Assembly (NCBI GenBank): GCA_965153455.1 | Contig: OZ234494.1 | Coordinates: 11,346,001 to 11,410,000, forward strand | Source: Sphagnum compactum | Lineage: Eukaryota | Direction of reading: 5' to 3' | Length of the DNA: 64,000 nucleotides | In this document: one piece after another, positions 1 through 13,843 of the stretch | Layout: every line of letters starts with the position of its first letter | Numbering within the stretch: position 1 is the first letter of the stretch | The notes under the pieces: model-generated | The model's input: the letters and a program-made list of their open reading frames with translations, nothing else | Database searches by the model: none | Told to the model about the DNA's origin: nothing | Made by a program: the position numbers and the translations under genes

Positions 1-608
1 GCCACTGATCGGACTGCACTTTAAGTTTGACCTGCAAAGCCTTTCATACAATTATTGAGGATGCAACCTCTTCTTCAAGAATCCAGTTACCATACAAGTA
101 GTTCAAAGGCTAGTGCAAAGCTCTGGTCTTTCCCTACAATTTTCTTCACAATGACTTTGCATTGGTTCTGCAAATCGTGCTCCCATGTGTTGTGATTGAC
201 GCACAGTACAAGCAGATGTTATGCACACACATCAGATAGGTGTGCCACCAGTGAATTGCAATTCCAGTTCTGAAGGTTTGTCTCTTTCATGCCGAGTTGG
301 TTGCATCTGGCTATCCACCAGCAACTTTTCTGAGCTCTGTTCTCAGCTGTCTCTTGCTGATTCAGTCAGTGGATCTGTGACAAGTGTTTTGAACTTGTTG
401 TAAGACTGGACCACTTAGAGATGTGTGGCTGGGTTAAGGGTTCTCCAGCTCATCAATGTGAAGATCACAAAGTGTAGGAGAAGTAGACTAAGCCCAGTTG
501 AGTGAGAACCCTATTTGGCTCTCGGTTTTAAGCATGCAATCTGCAGGATGTTGTGTATTCCCTGTGGATTCCCTGACCTCTCTATTACGGATTCAATTGA
601 ATGTGCAG

Positions 609-822
609 TGCCTCACAGAAGGAGCAAAACATTGCAGGGCTAACAGGTTTGGCTCTGCTAGCAGCAGCTGTGGTTCCAGAGATTGCTGAGGCTGCCCAAC
701 CAGGTGTCTCTGCCTCTCTAAAGAACTTGCTCTTCAGCGTAGTTGCTGGAGGAGTAGTGCTTGTTGCAATTGGAGGTGCTGTTGCAGGAGTGTCCACCTT
801 TGACCCTGTGAAAAGACGTTGA
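609..822 (+). CDS. PSBX: Photosystem II subunit X (PsbX), last coding exon; upstream exon(s) probably outside the window
   Basis: After the tgcag acceptor (AG 607-608) the frame reads [70 protein letters not shown]. This shows a lumen-targeting AEA site followed by the typical mature PsbX helix ending in FDPVKR. Confidence 0.93.
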
Positions 823-1941
823 GAAAGCAGTGCCAGATGTAAAACAGCAACTGGTTCTGGAAATCTGAAGGCTTTTTGGATTGTTCACTCCATGTGTATG
901 TTGTATGTAATATTCAGGCCCTTGACCTCTTGCCATATTGTAAGTGTATGATTCAAATGTATCAAGCACATTTCAGATCTCTGTTTTACTTTCTTGTCTC
1001 ATGTTTTTCTCTTTGAAGTTTGGATTTGGAAACCTCACACTACTTTTACATCAGTACTTATATAGCAATCAACTGCTTGCAATCACTCTTTGCATTTTTC
1101 TATCATCTGTGGGTGGTTACCAATTCTTTGATGTGTACATGATATTGCAGTGAACTGTCATCATTCTTATGTTGAAATGAACAGAGGTTGCTTGTGGGTG
1201 CAGTAAACTTTGTTTTTATCACCTCCTCATATCATAAACAACAGCTCCTGTCGGTGAGCAAAATGAGGCTAGAGTTTTGCTGATTTCAGATGATTGTGAG
1301 TACTAGAAACTTGCCAATTTGTGTCTTTGCGCAACCACAACTGGTTTGTATGGTTTATGGATATGCAATCTTAGTTCATAGTGATGATACTGTTGCCTAC
1401 TATGCACGGTAGATGCTATGGTTCTCCTTATCTTCATTCGCCTTGAACTCCAGCTGCACCCCACCATGACACCATGTTTCTGTGTTCTAATCCAACGGGT
1501 TGTTTTTTACCCCTTTAAAAGTTGTGAAAATTTTGTAAGCTATTTGAACAGAAATTTTCTGTCACCTGAATATCGAGCCCATAAGCTTAGAAACTTCCAC
1601 AATTATGATCAACTCAAAGAGTTATGTATGGGCTTTGATTATTTAGCCATGGAGAAACTAATTTGTGGGTTATGGTGGCAATACCTCTTTTAGGAGCTTA
1701 TTAGGATCCCATGGTGTATCTTCTTCAAATACCTACGGAGCAATCAATACAAGTAGAATTATTTCTTTCATGATGAAACCCACTTGTTTTGCACAAATTA
1801 CAAAATCATCTCACATTATGAATCCATGGATCAGAAAAACACCAACTTGTTGGCACAAATGTCATTGCAAAAGTAAGCGAATCTAGGAAAGGAAGGCATT
1901 GAAAATTACTTGAGAAGCTGGTGTAAGCAAAGCTATGAGTG

Positions 1942-2270
1942 GTCGGAGATCAATACCTCCCTCCTATTACATGAATCAACCACCATATCAATGGGGCAAG
2001 AGTATAGATAATCTACCAAGGTCGAAGATCAATACCTCCCTCCTATTACATGTATCAACCACCATATCAATGGGACAAGAGAAATAGATAATCTACCAAT
2101 GACAGTCGAAGATCAACACCTCCCTCCTATTACATGTATCAACCACCATATCAATGGGACAAGAGAAATAGATAATCTACCAATGCTAGTCGAAGATCAA
2201 TACCTCCCTCCTATTACATGTATCAACCACCGTATCAATGGGACAAGAGAAATAGATAATCTACCATTGA
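1942..2270. repeat. Tandem repeat, ~4 copies of a 79-84-bp unit
   Basis: GATCAA(T/C)ACCTCCCTCCTATTACATG recurs at 1948, 2027, 2111 and 2195. Confidence 0.95.
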
Positions 2271-4804
2271 CAAATAAATGAAAGGAAAAAAAAAGTTACA
2301 AGATCTTGAGAAGACTTTTGGATAGTAGAATCTTGAGAAATTTGTCTATAGTACCCAACTATTGGTTGTTGATCTATCTCTTCTACTTGATGGGTGAAAT
2401 GCAAACAACACGAATGCAACATGATCAACACATGATCAATGTTTGCACAAACAAATTTATGGATTTTTTTAAAAAAATAAAAATCCCAAGATTAAGGGTG
2501 TTGTGGACTATGGTAGATTGATTTTTTTTTCAATATGGTCAAGTTGAGGAAATAATAAATGGATTTGAGTTGAAAACTCACAAAGGTTAGGGGGAGCAAA
2601 TAGGGCATCTTGCTATCGAGCTCCTTCATTGTTTGCATTTTTAATGTCATCACCTTGGGTGGATCTGCAACCTATGTTAATTGAGCTTTTCAAGGATTGT
2701 CCACATTGTTCATATAGATTGCAATCACACCTTCCATGTTACACTCAAATAACAAGGGTCCTTTAAGCATGGTAAAATCTAAAAATTTCATCTATCAACT
2801 TTCAACCATATGTGCAATGTTGAAAGAACAAAACAAAGTACCTCTACTAAACCATCACACCCATATTCTAGCTCGGGTATTTCTTGAGTGTCTGCAAAAA
2901 TGAATCCCAATAAGAGGAAAAAGTACACAAATTGAAAACTTAAGAATATTAGATCATCAACAAAAACAAAAAAAATAATGAGAACATGAAGTGGTGCAAT
3001 TAAGAACCTTGGCCTTCTTTTGAAAGTTGACACATAAAATGAGAAGAAATAAAATCAATGAAGATGGAAAGAATGTGAGAAGGAAAGTCATTGCAAAACT
3101 AAAACAACACCCCAATAGGGTACTTACTTGTAATAAAATAGATTTAGAACCAATTTGTAAAGCAATATGGCCGGTTGACAAGTGAAAGCAAAATTGTGAT
3201 TTTTTTCTTTTTGATTGCAAAACAACAAAGAAGAAATGTACTTCTAAAAATTTTCTTGTCGTGGCCAATTAGACACCTGACCCAATTTGGACGAACCAAA
3301 GAGAGAGAAAGAGGAAGAGAAAGAGATATGAGGTCGGGCGCCTTCCTCCCTGTGCTCCCAAGAAAAACCAAATTTGAGGTGCATAATTGTGAAGGAGTGT
3401 TGATTGACATAAACTTCCCTATTGTAATCATATATACACAAATATCACTAGCATCAAAGAAACAATCCAAAAAACATAAAACTCATGTTATGAAGCACAC
3501 CATCTTCTTCATCATGTTTCGTGCGATTGGGACCCACTTGTTTATGCTCCCTAAACAAATACATTTCAGAGCAAAATGTGTCTGAATTTGATTGTCACAT
3601 CATTTATTCTTCCTTCATTTGCTCACAAGGAAAAGCATGTGAATGTTGGTTTTTTTTAGCCATCAATATCATGTCAATCTCCTAGTGTTTTGAAAAGTTT
3701 CATGAATGAATGACATAATTTGAACAATCTCCTTTATGGGAAGTTCAAGGGAGACAAATGCAAGTTTTGACCATAATTTCCTATTTCACCCACTAGATCT
3801 AAAGTAGGAAATTGTGATGCAAAAACATGATGTCAAGAACCAAAACCCATATTGGCGAGCATTGCAAGTTGAAACCCTATAGCCTATGTCATTGGGTTGT
3901 TGGTTTGCATCCCACCCGACCTTGGACATTGGATGCAAGTTCTCCTGCATCAAATATGAAAGATTTTAGGAAGAACATACAATGTCACTTAGTAGATTTA
4001 TCAAAATGTTTTCAAAAGATTGCAATATGGATGATTCTTGTATCTCTCAAAAAACCCATAGAAAATGTGTTTTAGGTTAAAAATTACTTGGAATAAATGC
4101 AACTTAACATAACATTCAATGTTTTTTCAAAGCAAGTGCTCGAAAATTGCAAGAACTATACCCAAAAGGATAGGGATTATGAAAATTATGAGGTTTCAAC
4201 ATGGCAATTTCTAAAACAACTATACAACAAAAGCCAATTAATTGAGGGCAAAATGATTTGAAATCTACATGGTCATTAGTATGTGACTATGTACTTCATT
4301 CAATGTTAACATGTAAATTCAAAACACTTCATCAAAATGTAAACTAGCTCACCATAGAATTTGACAATTCGAGAGATTGTGAGCTTTTGGTTGATGATGA
4401 AGATGGGTATGATGAGCGCAAGGACTTGATGTATTTGTCCACTGAACGATGAGGGCTTTGTTGCATTATGAGGAACATAAGGATTAGGAGTTAAATTATG
4501 CACACTACTTGTGCAAGGTCTAACTTGTTCTTGATCCCTACTTTTGCTTCCTTCTCCTTTTTTCCTCACACAACTAAGTCATTCCTTGATAAAAGAGGAG
4601 ATGAGACATTTCATGATTCCTTGAATTTTGTGGGGAGCAGCTTGAATTTGGCCCCACTTATTTTGACATGACTAATTTGGAACAATCCAGGCAACTGCCA
4701 AGCCCTAATATGATTTTAATTTTGTTTTTAATACTATGAATTTTAGTTTCACTTAGATTGCAAGATAGAATTTTATGGGTCTAAATGTATATTCAATTAT
4801 CAAA

Positions 4805-5301
4805 CTAATGTAGCCTGTGCCATTGACCCAAGTGTGAACACATTCTTTAATTTTCACATTTTCAGAATTGAAAATTTCCAAATTCGGCAATGTGAACGCA
4901 TTGAGAGCTCAACTGATTTTCCCTTCCAAACTCAATTTTTGCAATTTGTTTAAATTTCCAGCAACAAAATCCACTCAAAAATCAATATCTTCCACACCTA
5001 AGCTCTAAAAATTGTGAAAGAGACTATATTAAATTTGACTCACCAAGGGCTTTCCAACACCAACAAAAATACCTCCAAATTCCAATTTACAATTTTCATT
5101 TTTTATTTTATTTAATTATCAATGAGAAAATGGTTCAATGATCAATAACTTCCACACCATAGCTCCAAACAGTTTTAAACCAAGTCAGTGCACCCCTACT
5201 CATTGAGAGCTTTCCCAAGATACCAAGAGTGTGGCATGAAACCTCGTGGTTTGGGAGATCTCAGCATGACAAACAAAACAAAACTACTTGTTTCATAGAG
5301 A
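4805..5301 (-). mobile_element. Non-autonomous Helitron-like element, copy 1
   Basis: It is the reverse-complement homolog of 37152-37628. On the minus strand it begins A|TC(TC)TATGAA and ends ...GGGTCAATGGCACAGGCTACATTAG|T, a degenerate subterminal hairpin plus a CTAG-like end. There are no TIRs or TSD. Confidence 0.65.
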
Positions 5302-8300
5302 TATTTTCAATTGGATGGCACCATTAAATGGATAGTTTCAATCCTCCAATTTGGTTCAAGCCACATGAAAATCTCATTACCGGATCATCCAACTCACAGT
5401 TAAATTGAATCTTTACAGTTAAATTTGTGGGGTTTACAATTAAGTTAGATGCAATGGTATTCATAAATCAAACCCCTAAAATTTTGGTATTAAACACATT
5501 TCCTATTGACCTACAAATAGAAGCATTAAATTAAATTTCTAATCTATTAGATGTTTAAATGGGACATCTAAACAAAACAAAATAAAATTGATGTCCTCAA
5601 CCCCAACCGTGAATGGACCCTTCTAACAACTCGGCCAATTTTTCAAAAGAAACATGGAGTCAAATCAAATGGGCAACATCAAATAATGTACCTTTTGAGC
5701 TCATAATAATGTTACCACCTTGAGATGGTAACATGTTTTGGGGTTTTCCATGTCATTTGTTTTTTGGTCTTGACACTTGGTACGAATAGTTTTTTAAGTA
5801 GGTGCATTCTTCAATGTCATCTTACTCAAAGTTAAAGTTGTAAATGTAGGATTAGTAGTTAACCACCAAAAAGTAAGATTAATGGCCATTTAAGACATGT
5901 TTAACAATATCAATTTGTAATGAACTGGGACTCATTTCTTTTACCATGGCATATACACCTATTTTTGGCAAATATGACTATAGGTGCAAATGAGATAACA
6001 TGAGCCGCACCCAACTCCTTTTAGGACTACTTTTGGGGAAATATTTTTTAGAATATTCTTTTAAAAGTCTTCAAGAAAAAATTTCAAATTTTTTAAATTC
6101 TTTTCAATAATATTATATTAAGGTTTATGTAAAAGAATTCAAATTAAATGTAATTTTCAAAAGTTTTGAAGTCTATTTATAAATCCTTTTAATGCTAAAA
6201 AACAAATGTTACAATGTTTAATGAATGATTTTAAGATCTTTTTATTCATTGGATATTTTCAAATTAATTCACATGTTCAATGATATATTATGAACCTTAC
6301 TATATAAAAAAATCTTATAAATTCAACACCACATTAAACTACCACTTTTAAACATGTAGAACTAAACAAGAATTACACTTGTCGTGGCTCCTATTAGTGT
6401 GATTGCACCTTATAAGCATGTAGGTTACATATATCCAAATCAACTATGGTCAAATAAGTCAATGTCATTGAACAAAATTGAACCCTTGACTTCTTTGACC
6501 ACAAACCAATTCCTTAACTATTTGACCAACACTTTAACTTGTGATAAATAATGTCATTGCATAAGTATATAAACATATGTAAATTTCACCAAAAGGGTCA
6601 ATCTATGGCTAGCTAGTGGTTAGTATTAGTAATAATAGGTATTTAGTTACTAGATAGGTAGCAAGTAGACCTAGTAGGTACCTAACTAAGTAGTAAGTAT
6701 ATTATGTAGGTTTTAGTTATTACCTACCTATTTGTAGTAATACATCATGTAGTCATAGAAATGATAATAATGGCTAATCTTGATCATGTAGTTATTACCC
6801 ATGATTAAAACTTGTTGATTGTGCACAAGTACATGTTCTCCATGAATACATAACTAGAATGAGGACAATATAGTTGCAAAATATTCTAGTCATAAATCTC
6901 TTGTTTTAGCATAGTGAATATAAAATGATTAGTTGTATTCACCATGTCATGTCCATTTTGACTAAAACTTGGTATCTTGATAGTTGATATGGCTTGTTTA
7001 TTTTGATTGAAAAGTGACATAGGTGCTGATTGATATTGACAAAATTTGATTAATAAGTAACATAAATCATACTTGTGATTCAAAAATTATTTATCAATAA
7101 ATTATGATGTAAAATCAATGAAGTTACCTAGGGATGTAAAATATGTGCCTAGGTTCATCTAGGCCCCCTAGGCACATGTAGGATTCCCTCTTGCCTCCTC
7201 ATTAATGCATGTACACCACTTAGGCATAGTCGCAACCTACCTATATTACTAATCCCAATCTATCTATGTTACAAATCTACAATTTGCCTACCTATGTGCC
7301 TAAAGGACCTACACATGTACACTTGGCACATATGAACATAAAGTAGCATTATTAGTGACCAAAATTTGGCACATATAACCATGTAGCAAGTCATGTCACC
7401 CATGAAATGACTTAAATTACTCACACCATTGTAAGCATTGACACCACATAGACATGACTCAATTTAATCAGCATAAAGTGATTTGATTTTATTGAAAATT
7501 TTAATCAACCTAGGCAAATCAAACATGCCTACTTTGGGTGGGGGCAAAAAATAACCCCTTCAATCATGTCGAACAAGTAATTCAATAATGTACATTTCAT
7601 TATGGTCAAAATGATAAGGGTGTAAAAGACATGGTTTTATTGTAATGTTTAGTTAATTTTGCTCAAGTCTCCCCCCTAAATTTGCCATTAAAGTTTTTGA
7701 ATATTTGATTAAGATAGCATGTTATTCACTTGCATAATCTTTTCATGTATTTCATTTAAGTTGAATCCAAAATTATTATTATTTTGATGCACATGTTAAT
7801 TTGAACTAGGGATTCAAATTCAACCAATAATTCTACACCTAATATGATTTGGGGCAATTGACATCTCTTTACATAAATCTTACAAATGAAAACTTTTTGA
7901 CTAATTGTTATGCAAAGCATGTTAGTTTGTGCAAGATCATCAAATTAATTAATATCTTCCTCAACCTCCACCAAAACATATATATTCTTGTGATAAAATT
8001 TGTATCATTTTATAGACTTCTTTGTTATATCCTTGCATTATGCCAAAAATGTGGATTCATGATTACATTCAAACAACTAGATGGCGTAAGTGATGAGTCC
8101 AATTTGATTGTGTGACTTGTAATCAAATAGGATTGTTGCTTATGCCATGTAATCATAGATCCATGTTTTTGATAGTGTTGATTGATATGATTATAAGAAT
8201 GCGAATGTAAAGCAAAAGTTTATGAAGCCATCTAAGGTACATATAACACAATTTCACAATTTGTTCATCACATAATGCCCATTATCTTTTGTCATTAGCT

Positions 8301-11300
8301 ATCAAAATGAACTTAGTTCCAATATGGTGTGACATTATGCCTCAGAATGATATCCATAATAGACAACACCTATATGTATGTAGTGATGTTATTTAAGATC
8401 TTGTAATGAAGGTTTATTGTAATCCATTTTCTTTTTTGTTCTTGATTCTCTTTTTGAATTTCATTTCCTTTTTGTTTTTTTTTAGTGACTACTACACCTA
8501 AATACATATTTCAAGCTTAGGTTTGCATTTAAGTCTAAAATATTACAATTAGGATTAAATTTGACCCCTCAACTTTTATGGAAGGCTTAGTAAAAGATAA
8601 ATTTATGGCATTCCCAATAATATGTATGTTTTTATTTTCTAATACAAGATTGATTTCATCCATGCCACAGACACACATATATATGCCATCAATTGGTATA
8701 TATACATACATACTATTAATTGTTTAATGTTGATAATTTCACTCTTATCATCAACTTTCATCTGTGAATGAATTTCATCCATGATGGGTACATGAATTAA
8801 GTGCCACATCATAGCTCACAAGGACATGATGTATGTAAATAGTATTGAATTGTCATTCTTTGCATAGGACACTATAACCAACTTGTATATAAACAAAAGT
8901 TCATTCTCCATTCAATGGAATTCATTAAAAATGCATTGTATATGAATAAAATAAAGGAATGAAATTCAATAGTGAAAATTTTAAAGGATTTTTTGAACCT
9001 ATACATAATACACCATTTATTATTACTTACATGTCGCAGCAAGAGTGACTCATGGTGTTGTTAATTTCATTTCCAGAATCTCAAAAAACTTTATTGTGTG
9101 TTTTTAAGTGTACACCTTGAGGAATTTGGTATGGTATTCTATGATGATTTTGTCGACGTAAGTACATTTTTTTAAAGGGCACTTGTTCCTCATTGAAATT
9201 TATTTTTCGAAAGGTCGAAAACATATGAGGATTTTTTAACATAACCAAAAAACAAGTTTATAAGATTTTTGTTTTTACACCTTTTTGTCCAATATTATAC
9301 CAAAAAAACTAAAAATCCAAGCTTAGATTTCACTAGTTTAGAAAGCAAAATATTAGAACACATATTTGAATATGAATCCTAAATTAAAACCTAAATTCAA
9401 AGTAAATAACTAATATAAAAGCTAACGCTTAAGGTTCTTGTGTAAATTTTAAATTTTAAATCAAACTTAAGCTAAAGTTATCATATGTGAATGTAATCCA
9501 TACATTCATTTCATTCAAGTGACTATTTCATCCATGTCATAAAAACTATATGTTAGTAATCTCATTCTTGATTATTTGTTTCATTAGACATTTTGATCGA
9601 TGTCAATTAGATGATTTGGTATGTTCAATACGATAAATACCATTAAATGAAGAGAATAGATAACAAACTCTAGTAACTCAAAATACCTTTATTCTCTTCT
9701 CTTAGCTTAAGGGTCTTTGCAAGGTAAGTAGCAATTAGCAATTTCAAGGATGTAAGGTAGGACATCCATCACCAAACACCAATAGATAAGCAAACACCTA
9801 GACAATTCAAAAGATGACCCATTTGCAAACATTGCCCAACTAGTAATCATTTGGTTATACCTTATAATCAAGCAATCAATTCTTAAAACTTGTAATTGGA
9901 GTTGTTAAATTTTTCTTTCAAATTTGTTTAAACATTCATGGCCTCCACGGAAAAAAATGACAAGAGAGTGAACACAAATTCTTTGAAAGCTTAAGTGTTC
10001 ACTCACCAACCTATCTACCTTACCCTTTTGTTATTTTAGAGCACTTCACCAAGCATCATTTCTTGCTCCTAGGGCCCATGGGTGGTTTATTGTCAAAAGC
10101 ACAAATTCCAATGTAAGATCTTGTTGCAATGGAAATTCCAACATAAGATAACAAAATTTCTAATGTAAAATCCTAGAATTTTATTGTAATCGTTGTTTAG
10201 ATTTAGTTGTGCTCCTCATTCATTACAGAAAGGAAGTACTCCAATTAGGGTATTACACTCTAGACCTTAGGTTTTGATCGTAGTCTTGAGGTTGTAATGC
10301 CTAACTAGAATGAGTCCCCCTACACATTAAGGAATTTGTAAAGGCATTCCCCACCTATCTTATCTAAAATTAAATTGATTCATAATTTCATGAAATGGGA
10401 TTAAATTTTGCCCTACAAAAAGCTTTTGCTATTTTCACTTAGTCTATTGGCCTAATGAGGGGTACTTCAAGTCCCCAAAAGGGTTTTTTTTAATCTTGTG
10501 CCTAATCCTGCAAAAATGGTCTTTACATGATTAATGCCATATAGTGTTTTTTTTGGGCGAAATTTCACCAAGTGGTAAGTTTTAACATGGCCAAATGACA
10601 TGGCTTTGTTAAAATGGATGGATTTGAGCTGGATCCCTTTCACCATAATCCTAACCAATGGATCTAACGCTAGTCTTGGATTCAATCATGTGAAAGGCGG
10701 GAATCATCTATAGGTCGACATTGACCCACCACAAGTGGCTTATGATTGAGATCAATATCATCAATGTTTACTTTCAGCCACCTTGTAACCAACTTGTTCG
10801 CCCATCTATCCATGTGTTGATGAGTTAGGTTGTTGATTGTGCATAGTGTCAATTATTGTGACATCACCACCTCCCCTTGCCCTGTCTTCAATATGATTCA
10901 CAAGACTTGTTTTGTTCTCTTGTTGGTTACTTGCCAATGCTACATTATGGCAAGGAATACTAACAGTGGTTGGTAGCAAATGGAAATTGCAATGTGTTTA
11001 TGAGGAATTGTTGTAGTTGTGACCTTGACATTGAAAAATTCAAGTAACAGTAGAAGTAAAAGGATCTAGTTGTTGATGTTCATGTGGTTGCAAACATACA
11101 AAACTCAACTTTTGTCAAGCTTTTAAGCTCTAGATAAGTTGTCTTCTTCCTAGCCCAAATAACTTTTCTTCTTCCTTTGTTGTTTATTTCTCCTTTTTGT
11201 CCATTATCTGTGTGGACTTTACTTCAAGATCCTTTTAGACTTTACATTGTGTTTACAAAAAATTGTTTAAGGTTCAATTTTGCATTGTGTGTGTTGTTTA

Positions 11301-13576
11301 TTCATTTTGTGTGTTTATTGGGTTGCTACAACATGACTCCGCTATAACCACCGACTGGTTTCAAATACAAATGTTTTTTTAATACATGTTTGCCTGTTGT
11401 TGATAGTGCGTCGTTTAGTTGTAGATTGCATGTGAGTTCATGTTCTCTTGACCAATCGATGGTCTTGTTGCTTAAATTTATTGGTAAATATTAGGAGGTT
11501 CAACTTTCAATAGTTGTTGATCCTGAAAAAAAATTTAGAATCGTGAATGGGAACTGAATTGTGTGTTCCAAGAAGTTTAGGTTGTGAAATCACCATGGGT
11601 AGAAGCTATGATGGGTGTGATGGCAAATTAAACATGGTTCATTACAAAATATGCAATGAAATTGACGGAAAGGAAAAGTTGTTGGTGCCAAAATCCGATA
11701 GTCTATAGAAGCACACAAGGAGGCAAAAATTAAAGTTGCATGCCCTAGGTGTGGTGTCACTAATACAAAAATGAGGTGTAGTTCACTAGTTGAAATCACT
11801 ATGGGGGCCTTGAAAGCGAAACAAGTTCACCCATGCCTAAATCCTAATGCACCATAGGTGAATTGGATCAGCATTTAGTGCACCCATTTCACTTTGTAGT
11901 GCATGGAATCCACCATGACTGAATTATGTTAGTATGTAATGAACCCATTTCACTTAATGGTGCATCCAAACCATTCATGTGGGGCAATATTTCATGTCCA
12001 CAGATAGCCAACATGTTGATAATGAATGCATTTGCCAACAAAGGTCAAAATTATGTTGTAGACATTGTATGTTGGAGGTTTAGCTAGGGAAAAGAAGCAA
12101 AAGTTCTTGCAATTTGTTGCCATATTTTGGCTTTTGAAACTCAATCAACCTATGACTAATTTTGAAAGCATGAAGATGTTATTTGATTTCTTAAAGGTGG
12201 AGAACATGCCTCACAAGCACTAGCATGACTCCTCAAGTTGGGAAATGGTAGAAACAATGCATCGCATTATCATGGCGTCCATGAAAATTGTTATCCAAAA
12301 AGCTAAGTACATTGTTGTCAACTATGATGAAGTAACCAATATCAACAATCAATCATGGTGTAGTATGCATGCATACATTGGTGATGGCTTTAGTAGGTTG
12401 CCATTATTGTTGAACTTTGAGAGGTTGTCTAGTGAAAGCATTGCTAATAACCTCACTGCATTGATACTAAGGTCATTGATGGAATATGGGGGCTTGACAA
12501 CAGAACATGTTGTTAGCAAACTTCATGTTTTGGATCTAATGGGGTTGCAATGTTCACGACCATATAAACTAGTGTTGTTACACAACTCAAGTCTAAAGTA
12601 GCACCATTTATAATCAAAGTGCACTCATTGCATGGCACATCGTACCAACTTAGTGATGTAGACCCTTTCTAATCAACCCTTGGTTACTAAGCTTAAAAGC
12701 TTGTTGCAAACCACTTACACACTATTTTTCATCACCAAATAAGCACCTTGAACATAGCAAACTTGCCAAACTACTTGAAATTAAAGGTTTGAAATTGCTG
12801 CACAATGTAAAGACTAAGTGGATCTCTAAGTTGTCCCCAATGAAAAGAATGCTTGTTGAATACAAAACCTTAGTGGTTCACGTGAATAATGACTTCAACT
12901 AGGTGGTGGCAGCAAAAACAAACCTTGAATATCTTTGTAACATTGAGGTGGTTGTAGGGTTGATGTGCATCATGCCCATGTTAGAAGCAATTCATGCACT
13001 CATTAAGTTTGTTCAAGCACATGACACATTTGTGTGTGATTTTGTGACTATTGTTAATTGTGTTGTGCAAAATTATATAAGTTGTATTTTGATCTAGAAA
13101 CAAAGTGTGACCAAGAACATTTCAAATCATTCTTGGACTTACATGATTATAACAATGACCAATTACTTACTACATATTGGACTGATTTAGTAACAAACAT
13201 TCAATATGTGATCTTTTATTTCCAAGGTAAGCGATATCAACTACATAAGAAATGCCTATACATTAGGGTGTTCACTTTAGCCACCAAAGATGATTAGACA
13301 ATTTGTTTTGAAGCTATCAAGTTGTAGTCACTATGAAAAAGAGGTGTTTTGCAATAAAGCTTGCAATTCATTTTTTGAGTTGCAATGAGGGTCCATTCAT
13401 GATTGGGGTACCAAAAAAAGGAAAAAAGACTCTAGGACTTCTTAGAACTACTTTTTACAAGTAACATTTACATGAAACAAATTTTAATGAAAAAAATTGA
13501 ATAGTCCAATATAAGATAATTCATGTGGCAATGGTGATTTTTCACATGTGTACATAATTGTGCATGAATATCTTGG

Positions 13577-13843
13577 TGTTATGGACCGACTACAAACAAG
13601 TGGAGAATTACAAGACAAGACAAGCTTTATTGACCCATCAACTGGTGTTGATCTGCTGAAGGGTTGTTCCCCAGACTATCTCCTTTTATAACCCTGAGCC
13701 ATACTAGTCCCAAAATATCCTAGGCCATGATATTGCCAAAAGTATCCCAAAATATCCTAGGCCATGATATTGCAAAAAGTATCCCAAAATATCCTAGGAC
13801 ATGACATTGCCAAAAGTATCCCAAAATATCCTAGGCCATGACA
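13577..13843 (-). repeat. 3' LTR (267 bp)
   Basis: On the minus strand it carries TATAAAAGG (~13682-13690), AATAAA (~13626-13631) and ~3.7 copies of a 37-bp unit. 13640-13843 matches 16571-16774 except at one site (13658 G vs 16589 T). Confidence 0.95.

Noticed and set aside
6440-6535. tRNA or tRNA-derived SINE on the minus strand (A-box and B-box-like motifs)
   Set aside because: Too degenerate; no cloverleaf or TSD could be built.
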